From the NCBI RefSeq assembly GCF_018350175.1, contig NC_058383.1:14076001-14140000 (forward strand): a DNA stretch of 64,000 nucleotides, read 5' to 3'. Positions 39,700-51,765 of the stretch are shown here, in pieces. This stretch comes from Felis catus. Lineage: Eukaryota. The first letter of the stretch is position 1; every line of letters begins with the position of its first letter. The translations under genes were made by a program, and so were the position numbers. The notes under the pieces are model-generated. The model was given only the letters and a program-made list of their open reading frames with translations. It was not told where the DNA came from and searched no databases.

Positions 39700-40114
39700 G
39701 GGGCGGGGGGGTCTCTGATCATCTCAACGTCTGCAGCATCCAGCCTGAGAAGCCCACCGCAGCCTCTCCGAAAGTGGCTCTAGATGGTGAGCACGTGCTC
39801 CGTCACTGCCGGCTTCCCTGATTTTTGTCCCTGCCTCCAACTTAGGACCAACCAAAGAAAGTCAAATATGCTCCCTTATTCAATCACATAGAATGCCCCA
39901 CTTCTAGTGAGCCTGCCTTTAGCTTCCTAGACCAACAGCCCGCAATCAGGGCTTATCTGAAGCGTCCCCCGCCTCTTCTACCATAAAACTCTTTCCTCTG
40001 TCTGCCTTTGAATCTCTGCCAAACCAAGTGATGGCGGCTGACTCTCTTGCAGCAGCAAACTCTGAATAAACAGCCTCAGCTTGTCCTCCGTGGGTAGTCT
40101 TTGCTTATTTCCAC
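39700..40114 (+). mobile_element. Solo ERV LTR, same family as 26612-27483; followed by a MIR (-) at ~40115-40280
   Basis: GCTTCCCTGATTTTTGTCCC...GCCTTTGAATCTCTGCCAA...GTGATGGCGGCTGACTC...AATAAA...TTATTTCCACA. Confidence 0.65.
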
Positions 40115-40464
40115 AATGCTTACTATATGCCTCGCACTGGCTGAGGGATTTACACGTATTAGCTATTTATTCTTCGTGACGTCGTATAGTGGCTATTATT
40201 CCTGTCCATAGCTGGGGAGGCAGGTGATGCCCCAGAGAAGTTAGGTAACTTGTTCACGGTCACACAGCTAAGAAGAGGTACACCTAGGGCTGATACGATA
40301 GGCACACAACGCAGCTTGGTCTCTCCCCCTCTACTTAACCCGCCTCTTATCCCCCCCCCCCATTACAATCTTATCCCTCTCCCCCTTACAATGTGCCGTG
40401 AATTCTTGAAGGGGAAGAAGGTAGATCCGTGACTTTGTTTTTTTCCTCCTCAAACAAAGCAAAC

Positions 40465-40850
40465 CTTCCAGTGAAATAAGTCAGGCGGAGAAAGACAAAC
40501 ACCGTATGATCTCATTGACAGGTGGAATCTAAAACAAAAACAAAAAAACCGAACTCGCAGATACAGGGGACCGATTGGTTGGTGGCTGCCAGAGGTGGGG
40601 GGGGGGACTGGGAGGGGTAGGCTGGCCAGACGGGTGAGGGAGATCGAAAGATACACAACTTATTTGTAAGTCGCGGAGAGGGTAGGTCGTAAAAGCTCTC
40701 ATCACACGAAAAAAGAACTGTACGGTGACAGGTGTTACCTAGACTTACCGTGCTGATCATTTCACAAGGTAAACAAATCTCAAATCATCACATTGCACAC
40801 CTGCAACAATATAATGATATATGCCCATTATATCTCATTAAAAAAAAATC
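40465..40850 (+). mobile_element. L1MA-like 3' end
   Basis: AGTGAAATAAGTCAGGCGGAGAAAGACAAACACCGTATGATCTCA...ATATCTCATTAAAAAAAAA. Confidence 0.8.
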
Positions 40851-41269
40851 AAATGAAACCCCCAGTTGGTGCTGCTCAAGATTTTATGGGAATGAAGGCC
40901 CCATCTCCCTGCTTCCAGCAAGAGAGAGTAGCTTGGCCAAACCTCTGTAGAGACATGAGCCCCTGGTTTTCTTGATGACCTCCAACTGTCTCTCACTTCT
41001 GTGATAGGCCAGGGTGAGATGTGAGATATTCTTAACAGGCCAGGAAAGGTGACACAGCAGGAACCATGGCTGATGAGTGAAAACTGTATGTGGAATCGAA
41101 ATCCTTCATTAACCATGGACAGAAACGCATTCATCTCCTTCCTTTCGGTGTGCTACACAAAGACAAAAATACCAATGAAACGTTTGGTAAACTATCAAAA
41201 AATGTTTGTGGTTTCACTGAGTTTTATGATTAGGAAAGATTTTTGGAGCCATCCAAGAGGGATTTCTTA

Positions 41270-41900
41270 TTTATTCTTTTCAAATTTCAATGTTTATTGT
41301 TTTGAGAGTTAGAGAAACAAAGCGAGGGAGGGGCAGAGAGAGAAGGAGACACAGAATCCGAAGCAGGCTCCAGGCTCTGAGCGGTCAGCACAGAGCCCGA
41401 CGCGGGGCTCGAACTCACGGACCGTGAGATCATGGCCTGAGCGGAAGTTGGATGCTTAACCGACTGAGCCACCCAGACGCCCCAGAGGAGTTTCTTATTT
41501 TAAAGTCAAGAACCGATTTGCTTCTTGGTAGCAAGTGGAATAGAGCCAGGATCTCCTGGTGAGCCGGCCACACGGCCTCGGAGGTGTAGTTTTGTTGGTC
41601 TTACAAGCTGGATTGGGGCAAGTGGCAGGTAGACAGATGGCTGTCGCTGATTGAGGGAGGGAGGTCGCCCACCCCTCTTCGAGCCTCTGGTTACCGGGCA
41701 ATGGATGACTCCGTAAATGGGTCCTTCAGTCTTTGTGTCTGTGGTTTAAATGGCCAGGTGGGTTCCTTCCGGGCCTGAGAATTTACTCAGCAGGAAGAAC
41801 CCTCTTCAATTCAGTTCCATCATTTGTACAAGCTGCTGGACTTTGTCCAGAGTGTCCTTTCTTTTAAACAATTTGTTTATGTATGTATGTATGTATGTAT

Positions 41901-41931
<31 letters not shown>

Positions 41932-42895
41932 TTTCTGAGACAGAGAGAGACAGAGCATGAGCAGGGGAGGGGCAGAGAGAGAGGGAGACACAGAATCTGA
42001 AGCAGGCTCCAGGCTCTGAGCTGTCGGCACAGAGCCCGACGCGGGGCTCGAACTCACGAGCCGTGAGATCATGACCTGAGCTGAAGTCGGACGCCCAACC
42101 CACTGAGCCACCCAGGCGCCCCGCAGAGTGTCCTTTCTTCTATCCAGATATGCAAGCCACTAAAGAGTTCCACCAACCTGGAGTGCCTTGGTGCCATCTG
42201 ATTTCGTAAGCAGCTGGCATACAATAAATATGGAACTGATTATGGTTTTTGCATATCCAGGCAGGATTTTGACTTTTTGGTGTCACTGACCACGTTGAGA
42301 ATCTGATAGAAGTTAGGGCCCTTGTCCCCAGAAAAACATCCATATGACACACACGCACAATTTTTTTTAAGTTTATTTATTTTGAGAGAGAGAGAGAAAA
42401 TATGTGAGTGGGGGAGGGGCAGAGAGGGAGAGAATCCCAAGCAGGCTCTGCACTGTCAGCACAGAGCCTGTTGCAGGGCTTGAACTCACGAACCGCGAGA
42501 TCATGACCTGAGCGGAAGTCAAGAGTCTGACACTTAACCGACTGAGCCACACGGGCAACCCCCCCACCCCCCACGCACACATTTTTGTATCCGTTTGTGT
42601 TTATGGACTTTCTGAAGTCTTTCCTGGGCACCCCTTGGGGGGAGAAGCTGGTTAGGTTCATGGAATAAAGAATTAAGGATCCAGGAGCAGCTGGGTGGCT
42701 CAGTCAGTTAAGACTTCGGCTCGGGTCATGATCTCGCGGTTTGTGAGGTTGAGCCGCGCGTCAGGCTCTGTGCTGACAGCTCAGAGCCTGGAGTCTGCTT
42801 CCGATTCTGTGTCTCCGCCTCTCTCTGCCCCTCCCTGCTCGTGTTCTGCCTCTTTCTGTCTCTCCGTACTAATAAATAAACAAAAAATTTTAAAA
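41270..42895. mobile_element. Can-SINEs: 41270-41484(-), 41865-42123(-, (ATGT)n(ATTT)n tail), 42361-42563(-), 42684-42895(+)
   Basis: SINE bodies; CAGAGTGTCCTTTCTT duplicated around the 41865 copy. Confidence 0.9.
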
Positions 42896-44329
42896 GAACT
42901 AAGGATCCAGTTCAAGTTAGATACCTACCAACTGGTAACGTCTCCCAGCTTTGGGTAACATCGTTTTCCCTAAACACGCTCTCTTGCTTGGGTGCATGGG
43001 TGGGAGAAAGGAGATGGTGAGCCTGATTCAGAGGTCAGGTATTGCTGGGCTGGGGGCAGTGGGAGAACACGTATATATGAGGATGTGTGAACTGTGGCCA
43101 CCACTGGGAATGTGTTTGAAGTATACAAGTAACCAGAACGAAAGAACAACCAGGAAGGGTAGAGAAGGAACTCAGGAGGGGATGGCAGCGCTTAGATACT
43201 TGGAAGGGAGAGAAGGGTTGCTGGTGTCTGGAGAGAATATTCGTTTGGGATGGTGAGTGGGAAATTTCCGAGCAGGACTGCAGGAATGGAGCACTTCTCT
43301 GGGAAGACAGTGTTTAGGATGTGAGCCTGACAGCGGATCTCTCACGGAGTCTAGGGTGTTGGATGTCATTGACGAATGTATGCACGCGGAAGGTGAGGAG
43401 AGAAGCCTGTCTGCCGCATGATAAGATCATTGGTTAATTTGCTCCAGGGATCTCTCCGGCTTCAGAGGGAGAAAAGAAGTCTCTCTGAAGTTGAATCTTG
43501 CCTGGAAACGTCTCCATTGCTCCGAGGGGGGTTCTGCTGCTACTTTGCTTCCTGTCTCCTACTCCCAAACAGGCACCTGCTTGGGAGCCTGACGCACCTG
43601 GGTTTAGAGCCACTTACCTCCTCGGGACCCTAGCCCAGTGCCCCGGCTCCCTAGCTTCCGTCTTGCAGCTGAGTAAATGTTGGAAAATTAGCTTTGCAGA
43701 AGCTTCCACCGATAGTGCCAGCTTCCCTCTGGGTACTCAGGGACAGGTACAGTGGGGACCCTGCCTGCCCCAGTGCCTGTCATGTCACACAGCTGCTCAG
43801 TAACTCAGGTTTCTACCCTCTCTGTTCCTTTCATGCCCAACGCTGGCGGGTCCCTTGGGGCTTCTGGACGTGGCTTTTTCATCGAACTGCTTTGTGTTCA
43901 CTTTCTGTAGGTGATATAAAGCAAAACCAACCAGATCCAATTGAACTCGGGCACAGAGTTCCAAGGGAATGAAAATTTAAAAATTTGTTATATTTTTCGG
44001 GCACCCTTCTGTTAAAAATTGATATCTAAAATAATAAATAAGCAACAAAGCAAGCCCGCACACCAAAGACCCAGTAGTAAAAAAGAAATAACTTCAGTGC
44101 GATAGAAATGGTGAGGTGGAAACCACCAGATTCATGGCCCTCTACTGCCCAGCCTTATTTGTTCGGCAGCCTCCTTTCTTTTTTTAGGCCCAAGGAATTA
44201 AGTGGATCAAGAAGGGTCTTTGAATTCCAGCCTTTCCAGCTCCTGGCTTGGGGAAGAGGAAGACATCCTGGAAATCCAGTAGCCCAGATGGGCTTCTTAG
44301 GATAAAATGAGGGTGGACACAGAAACCGT

Positions 44330-46500
44330 GACTCGGACGACTAGAATTTTCACTCGGAGAGAACCCACCCAGCCCGCTAACGCGCGGCCTGGCTCCCAAA
44401 GTAACAGAATCCGAGTCTCCAGGCCAGATTTTCCCTCTAGCCATTCCCGGCCACGCAAAGCGGAGCTGCGAGCACACAGAAAGGGATGTCTTCATCGCCT
44501 CCCAGGATGGAACAAACCCGCCTGCTCGGGGAGTGCTGAGAACCAGAGGGTCCCTCCGACGCCGCCAGCAGCCAACATGACTTGACTGCCCCCATCCCGC
44601 GCAGTCCCTACTCTCCGGGCGCCCCCACCCTTTCCGGGTGCGCGCGCACGAGCGGGCGAGCCGGGGAGCTGTGCGCCTGGCAGCCTGCGGGTGGCGGCGG
44701 CCGACAGGCTCGCGGGGAGAGGGGTGGCCAGGGGCGGCGGAGGAGGAGCTGGCGTTGCAGCCGGTCCCCTCGGGCCGCGCCCCGCCCTCCGCCGCCACCT
44801 GCGCGTCCCCTCCGGGCTCTCCAACCCCCGGGCCAGGGCCGCGTGGGCTGTCGGTGCCGCAGCGGCCGTATCACTGCGTCCGCCAATTAGGACACTCGGC
44901 GTTTGGCTCCGTGGCGCGCGGGACGAGCTGAGCTGCCCGTTCTGGCGAGCGGAGGGGGCGCCGGCGCGCGTCCCTGCCGCCGCGCTCCCCGCGACGTTTT
45001 CGGCGGGGGTAGAGAACTGCTGTGACTTTTGAGGTCCTACTCCTCCTTCCGGCCGGCCTCGCGACGCGCCAGCTCGGAGCGAGGCCAGTGTGACCGGCAG
45101 GCCCCGAAGGCTCACTGCGTGAGGTTGGGGCTTGGAACGCGTCCGGGCGCCCGCGGCGCTGTGCGCGCTGGTGAGTTTGGTGGCGGGGTGGGGTATCCCC
45201 GGCGCGAGGGGCGGAGAGGACGTCGCGCTCTGCCCCTTGGTCCGCCCCCTAGTGCTGCCCCCACTTTGAGAGTAATTGAGACTTGAGCGTGACTGCGGAG
45301 CCGCGAGGATGCGGGCTCCGGGCGCGGGCTTTCCCTCTGCCCGGCGTGATGGAGCGGGTCGCTGAGCGGAACAAAGGCGCCCGCCCCGGGGAGCGGGTCC
45401 TGGGCTGAAGACCTCGGGCCGCGCGCCGCGACGGCCGCCTGCGGACGAGGGTGGTGGCCGTGTGGCCCGAGGCGCGGCGCGCTCCCCCGCGGGCGGGCGG
45501 CAAACCCTGAGCCCGGCACCTGCGCGCCACTCCCGGGCTTCGCTCCCGGCGGCCCGAGGAACAGCCGCGAGCCACTTGCTGGTGCCGCGGAGAGACCCAC
45601 GGCCCCCGGCCCTTCGCCGAGAAGCCGAGGCGCCCGGAAGGGGCCGCGAGCCGTGAACTGAGCAGGCGTCTCCGGGAGCACTTCTGCACACCGAGGGCTT
45701 CCATGGGAGCGATTTCGCTCTCCCCCTGACCGCCCGGTCCTCCCAACCGTCTCCGCTGCCCGAGCATCCGCGCTGTGGGGCCGGGAGCCGCGGGGCTCCC
45801 CGCCGGCAGTCGGGAGTGTGAGGCTCGCACGGCTCCCCGGCAGCTCCGCGCCTCGCGGGAGCCCGAGGGGGCGCGGGTCCGGGGCGCGGGCCGGCCGGGC
45901 GTGTTTGATGGCTTCACTGAGAAGAGTCAAAGTGCTGCTGGTGTTGAACTTGATCGCGGTGGCCGGCTTCGTGCTCTTCCTGGCCAAGTGCCGGCCCATC
46001 GCGGTGCGCAGCGGAGACGCCTTCCACGAGATCCGGCCGCGCGCCGAGGCGGCCAACCTTAGCGCGCACAGCGCCAGCCCCATCCAGGATGCGGTCTTGA
46101 AGCGCCTCTCGCTGCTCGAGGACATCGTCTACCGGCAACTGAATGGTAAGGAGGTGCGCCGGCGCCTACGGGGGCTCTGCGCGGGCGGGCCGGGCACCGG
46201 TAAACCCCTGGGGCCCTTCGCGCGGTGGGGGAGAGCCGGCGCCTCCTGGCTCCCGCAGGCTCCCTCTCACCCTTTCCTGCCCTGTCTTGGCTGGGAGGCC
46301 GGCGCTGCTGGAAAGAATTACCTGCTTCTACTGTGCCCCAGCTATAAGTTTGCTTTTATTGTGGAAACATGTCAGTACAGCTGGCTCCGGGTCCCCGCGT
46401 GCGGGAATCATTACCTGGCGACTCCAGCCCGAGTGCAGAAACTAGTCGCGCGGCCAACTGGGACCGGAGGCGCAGGCCGACTTGGAGAAAATAGCTCTTG
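44330..46500. promoter_or_regulatory. CpG island / GALNT17 promoter and 5' UTR
   Basis: Very high GC, dense CpG, no interspersed repeats. CCAAT at 44883-44887, GC boxes (GGGGCGG ~45208, CCGCCCC 45242-45248), palindrome GTGCGCGCGCAC at 44638-44649. Confidence 0.9.
45908..46145 (+). CDS. GALNT17: Coding exon 1 of polypeptide N-acetylgalactosaminyltransferase 17 (79 codons + 1 nt, phase-1 intron follows): cytoplasmic tail, type II signal-anchor and start of stem
   Basis: Translation MASLRRVKVLLVLNLIAVAGFVLFLAKCRPIAVRSGDAFHEIRPRAEAANLSAHSASPIQDAVLKRLSLLEDIVYRQLN(G) is recognised as the GALNT17/WBSCR17 N-terminus. It has a basic tail, hydrophobic anchor and NLS sequon. Canonical donor ATG|GTAAGG at 46145/46146; lies in a CpG island. 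Confidence 0.95.
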
Positions 46501-47649
46501 CAGCTTTTAGCGTTTGGTGGGGTCAGACAGGGAGGGACGTTGGCGGGCTTAAATGTCTGCAAAGTCAAGGCCTCAGGTCTGGAGCTAATGCGCTTCGGTA
46601 GTAAGTTGGATGAATATGTCATCTCTGCGAGAGGCGGCGTGCACAGCGAATACGGAGGACTCCTCCCTTCCTGCTGCCTTGGTGGAGGCTGCTGTTAAAA
46701 ACACACCCCGTTTCTCGCCCAGAGCTGCCCGAGGGCGAATGTTACAGTTGGCTGGTGGGTCGGGGAGGCAGCGTTTCAGAGCGTAGCAGTTAATGACAGT
46801 TGTCAGAGTCTGCCCCATCTAAAATGTTCTCTTCAGCGCTCGGCGAGCAGGGGAAGACTTAATGTGCCCTGGTCACACCTGGTCCAGGGACTGATGGGTC
46901 ACTGGACACTTGCTGTCCCCCAGGTCAGAGTATTACCTACCCGGAGTGCAAGCATCTCTCCTGGGTCCACAGGGCTGGTATCCAAGGCAGACCCAAGGCT
47001 GCCTCCCCCCTTCCGGAGCTTCTAACTCATGTTCTCATGAGAGTTCCAGAACGACAAATCATTGCAAAAGAAGGAGGGTATCAGATAGTTCTCTCCCTGC
47101 ACCCCGGGGAGATCCCTGCTGGGTCCTTCTAGGTGGGCTGTGGTCAGATCTCTGCGCGCCCTTTGACGTAACCCTGTGGTCTTCTTAATGTCCTGTAACA
47201 AGTATCCAGGGGATGCTTTGAACTTGTATCTGCCCTGGGGAGCTGCGGTCCCCAGTTCGTTTCCGGACAAAGGAGGAGCGTAGGGTGTGCTCCTTATGAT
47301 TCTGCACGGATACCTGCTATAGACCCACCCGGAGGACCCAAAAGAGAGAGTGCGAGAAAGCCTGGGTCTCGCTGTCAGGCTGCACTTAGGGACACAAATT
47401 ATTTTAGTATGGGTTTCAGTTAGGAAACAAACTATGGTATAGCTACACCCCCAAATGCCTCAGGGAGGAATAATAAAATTCGAAACGGTACTTACTAAGT
47501 GCACAGACATGCAGGGACTCGTTTAGCCTTTATAGCAATCCTAGGAGGTAGTAGCTGATACTGCCCGCTAAGGAGCTTGGTCACAGTCAGGGGGTGAACT
47601 TGGACGGTCTGTTCCAGAATTGAGGTTCTTAGCTGCTACATCAGCCTGC

Positions 47650-48025
47650 CTCAGTTTGGGGCACGTGTCAGAGTCAGATGGAGGGCCCATTAAGACACGA
47701 GTTTCAAGGGCGCCTGGGCAGCTCAGTCGGCTGAGCGTCAGACTTTTGATTTCGGCCCAGGTCATGACCTCGCGGTTCATGGGATCGAGCCCCGCATCAG
47801 GCTCTGAGCTGATGGTGCGGAGCCTACGTGGAATTCTCTCTCTCTGTCTCTGTGTCTCTGTGCCCCTCTCCTGCTCTCCCTCTCTCTCCCTGTCTGTCTC
47901 TCTCAAAGTAAATAAACATTAAAAAAGAAAAAAAAAAAGACATAGGTTTCTAGGCCTTACCCCCAGAGCCTCTGATTCAGTAGGCCCGGGGTGGGGGCCC
48001 GAGACTTTGCATCTCGACTAGCTGT
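47650..48025. mobile_element. MER5-like hAT MITE interrupted by a Can-SINE (47708-47938,+)
   Basis: CCCCAGAGCCTCTGATTCAGTAGGCCCGGGGTGGGGGCCCGAGACTTTGCATCTC. Confidence 0.7.
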
Positions 48026-48629
48026 GGCCTGGACCGTGGCCCACTCCCTACACTGAGCAAGCAAAGAGGAAAATCCATTCTCCCGAGGCCACTTGGGTCC
48101 AGCTGGGTGGGGGAGGGGGGAGGAACTTCTGAGAAGCCAGGAGCCCGCTTCAGACGGGCTGGGAGTCTGGCTTCTTTGCCCGTGTGCTCTTCTGTCTTGT
48201 TAGCAATTCTCTAGGGGCTTAGGGGTGCAAGCCCTTTATTCCTCAGGAATTAATGGGGGCCTCTGGGAGCCTGGCACCGGGCATAGCATAGGAGCAAGGC
48301 CACTTGGGTCCAGCCCTTTGGGTATGAGGTGGGAGCTGGCATTTTCAAGGTTGCTGAGCTTTCTCAAACCTTCCCGTGAACTCCTATGAAGTTCCGACAG
48401 GAGGGACTCAGGGACAGCTCCCCCCCCCCCCCCCCGGCCGTGAGCACCGCTACCCCTAGGGGTTACTCACTCTTGGGACAGGTTTGTTCCGCGTCCCGAG
48501 AGGGGGGCCGCTGGGCTGGGCGGCCAGGGTGACCCAGGCTTCCTCAGAAGCCAAGTGTCCAAGTCCTGAGTCCTGCCTTTTGCAAAAAACGGTTACAGGT
48601 TGTTTCCCTTCCTACAGGCTGAGAAGGAC

Positions 48630-48662
48630 ACTTTATTTATTTTTTAATGTTTATTTATTTTT

Positions 48663-48693
<31 letters not shown>

Positions 48694-48859
48694 CATGAAT
48701 GGGTGAGGGGCAGAGAGAGAGGGAGACACAGAATCCGAAGCAGGGTCCAGGCTCCGAGCTGCCAGCGCAGAGCTCGACGCGGGGCTTGAACCCGTGAACT
48801 GCGACATCGTGACCTGAGCGAAGTCGGGCGCTCAACCGGCTGAGCCACCCAGGCGCCCC
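48630..48859 (-). mobile_element. Can-SINE
   Basis: SINE body; GAGAA(G/A)GACACTTTA on both sides. Confidence 0.9.
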
Positions 48860-51548
48860 GAGAAAGACACTTTAAAGAGAAGGCCGAGATGCTGGTATGG
48901 AGGGGAAGCTCACAGAGAGAGAGAGGGGAGCTCGTTTGTTCCCCTCCAGGCTCTGTCTTGCACCTGTGTTCCCATTTCTTTCCACGAGGGCCCCACTGCT
49001 GCCCCCTGATGTTGCGGCCGTACCCTCTGCCCAGGTGCCTGCCCTTGGTCTCTTGCCCGCCTTCCACCCAGCACACGTGGCTCCAGCTACCTGATTGGGA
49101 AGCACCCCTTCCCGAGGACCCAGCTTCCGGTGGCTTTCTGTTTCCTCAGGAATCACGGGCAAGCCTGGAGGCCGCCACCGCCCCAGCCAGCGTGCCCCAC
49201 GCTCCCACCCTTGCCCGGTACCTTCCGCCTCTTCTGGCCAGACTGACCTGCTTGCTGGGATGCCCCACATTTGCCTTAGGATCGTAGCCTCCACATTTCA
49301 GCCCCAGCCTTCGAGAAGTTGTCTGGGTGTGCCGTCCCTGCTCCCTGTCTATAGTCCTCCATCCTTGAAAGTTTGGCTCACCGTCCTTGCCCTGGTGGTG
49401 GGAGTGGGGTCGTGCCAGGCCACACGTCCGAGCTCTTCCTGCTCCGAGTTGCTTGAGGCTTGCTTGTCAGCACTGCTTGGTAACCCTGGCTGATCTTCTT
49501 GTGCCTACGTGGGTTTATCTTTTGAGTCCAGAACTGGATGGTAGGCTTTTTCAGGGCTTGAACCATATTTTGGACTTTTTAGTACCACTTCTATCCTTCA
49601 AGCATCTCCTGCAGCACGGGGTGTGGGCACCTAAGGTTTATGGGCTGATTAATTGGGCGGTAGGTATACATAGGAGGTGAACAGTAGACACAGAGGAAAT
49701 AGTCTGGACGCTGTCGTGGCTGGATTGGGCTGCGTGGATGTGGTGAGGGGGAAGGGGCTGGAAAGACATGGCGGGGGAGACTGAGCCTGAGGAAACCATC
49801 TTGCGTCTCGCATCTCCCTGCCGCCATCTTGCCTCGGCCATCTTGAGGCTGCTCTGGTCCTTCCCCCGCCTGCCCGAAGGGCTCCAGATCCTTCAGAAGG
49901 ACCTGGAAGGCAAGCAGTTGTCTAGAATAGACAGCAACGCCTTTCGGTATGTTTTCTTTCCGTGTGTGATTTTATAATATGAATGTGGGTTTATATCCCT
50001 TTTTTTTTTTTGTAGGAGAAAATTAATTCGTGTTTATTGTGGAGACTTGGAAAATCTAAAAGACTTGCATGAAAGACAATAATGCTGTGTTTAAAGTATC
50101 TTAGGAAATGGCAGCTTGGTACCAGCATTAGGAAAAATGGACCAAGGGATGGACAGATTTCTTGTTAGAATTCTCCTGGAGCTCTGTACTTGACTTGGGA
50201 CTTTCTTGTCACCTTGGGAGGAAATTATTTGCTTCTCCCATTTTAGAGCTGAGCAAAGGGTGAGAAACAGAGATACTGTGCGACTTGGCCGCGATGACAT
50301 AGGCGGAGAAGGGCAGAGCCAAGATTTCATGAATATCACGGTACTTGTCTCCAGCCCAGCGCCCTCCCGAGGAGTCAGGGTGAAGAGGGAGGACGGGTGT
50401 GATGTTTCACTTGCCTCCCCCTTCCCCCCCCCCCCCCATGCAAGCACCGGGCTCTGGCTGGGCACCCCCTCCCTCATCACGCCCCTGTGCAGTGAGACGG
50501 AAGGGCGCGTGTCACTCTCCACTAAGCCCGGGGCAGCTCTGTCATCGGAGGAAATGCAATCGATTCCGGGTAGGTTCCAAATTTAGATTTTCAGAAGGAT
50601 ATTGAGCAGAAGCAGGGTTGCTTGAAGAAATTGAAAATCTTTGTGGGAACAGAGGGAAGTCAAAATCACCTAACCGAGTCCTGCCCCCAAGCCCCAGGAG
50701 GCAGACCGAGCTGTGGAACCCGCCAACAGGTTCTCGGTCACCCGAGCGCGGCCCAGCCGGCCCGGTGCCTCCGGACGGAGGGACAGGGGTGGCGATTTGC
50801 CCTCGTAGGCCTCCACGGGGCGGGGGGGGGAGTCAGCAAGGGAGGCTGGCATTTTGAAGGCGTGTCTTCAAGGATGCCAGAGCCGGCCCGGAGCTGTTTC
50901 CCCTGTGCTACCAGGATACGGATGGGCGCGTGTGGACCCCCAGCGCTGGATGGGACCGGCGTTTGCTGTGGGAAGGAGGTAGGGGGGAAGGAGGAGAGGG
51001 CCAACGTTTGTGTTAAAAATCACTCACTGCGATGAGTGTCAGGAGGAAAGCGGAGGCAGCTGGAGCCCTCGTGGGCTGCCTGCAGGCAGGCCTCTGTGGC
51101 AGGCAGGGGCCCCAGCTCCGTGCACAGGGGGGAAGGCTCAGTCCCTTTGCCTCCGACGGCCTAGAAGCGTCTGCTGCAGCCAGCCCCTCCTGGAGACACG
51201 GGGAGCCCGCTCTTGGGCCGCCCTCAGACGCGGGCACAAGTGTGCTGGCCGGTCTGTGCGACAGGCAGCTTGCCAGGAGGTTCAGCTGCTGCCTGCCCGG
51301 CCCAGAGGTGGCGGGGAAGAGGCCGCCGTGTCATTCTCGAGGAAGAAATCCAACCCCCTGACCTTTGCTGTTGCCAAATCTGGAGTGTCCTTTGTGGACA
51401 GGAAGAAGGCTCGGTAATTAGAGCCAGGCTTGACGACAAGAGATAGGAGCGGGGACCTAGTAAGGCGTGTGTCAAATGAAGAAACTCCGAGATCGGAGAA
51501 CCTGCAAGCCTTTTTTTTTTTTTTTTTTTTTAAGATACAAAATTGGAA

Positions 51549-51765
51549 CGGGGCACCTGGGTAGCTCAGTCGGTTGAGCGTCCAACTTGGGCTCAGGTCA
51601 TGATCTCAAAGTTCGTGAGATCGAGCCCCGCGTCGGGCTCTGTGCTGACGGCTCGGAGCCCGGAGCCTGCTTCGGATTCTGTGTCTCCCTCTCTCTGTGC
51701 CCCTCCCGCGGTCACGCTCTGTCTCTCTCTTAAAAATAAATAAACGTTTAAAAAACGTGAAAAAA
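51549..51765 (+). mobile_element. Can-SINE
   Basis: SINE body. Confidence 0.9.

Noticed and set aside
44184..46125. Long minus-strand ORFs (204, 399, 337 and 222 aa) across the CpG island
   Set aside because: Low-complexity R/G/A/P products expected from stop-codon depletion in GC-rich DNA; no recognisable domain
46146..46510. Read-through of the GALNT17 frame to give the 230-aa ORF
   Set aside because: Similarity to GALNT17 ends at a canonical donor; the remainder is intronic
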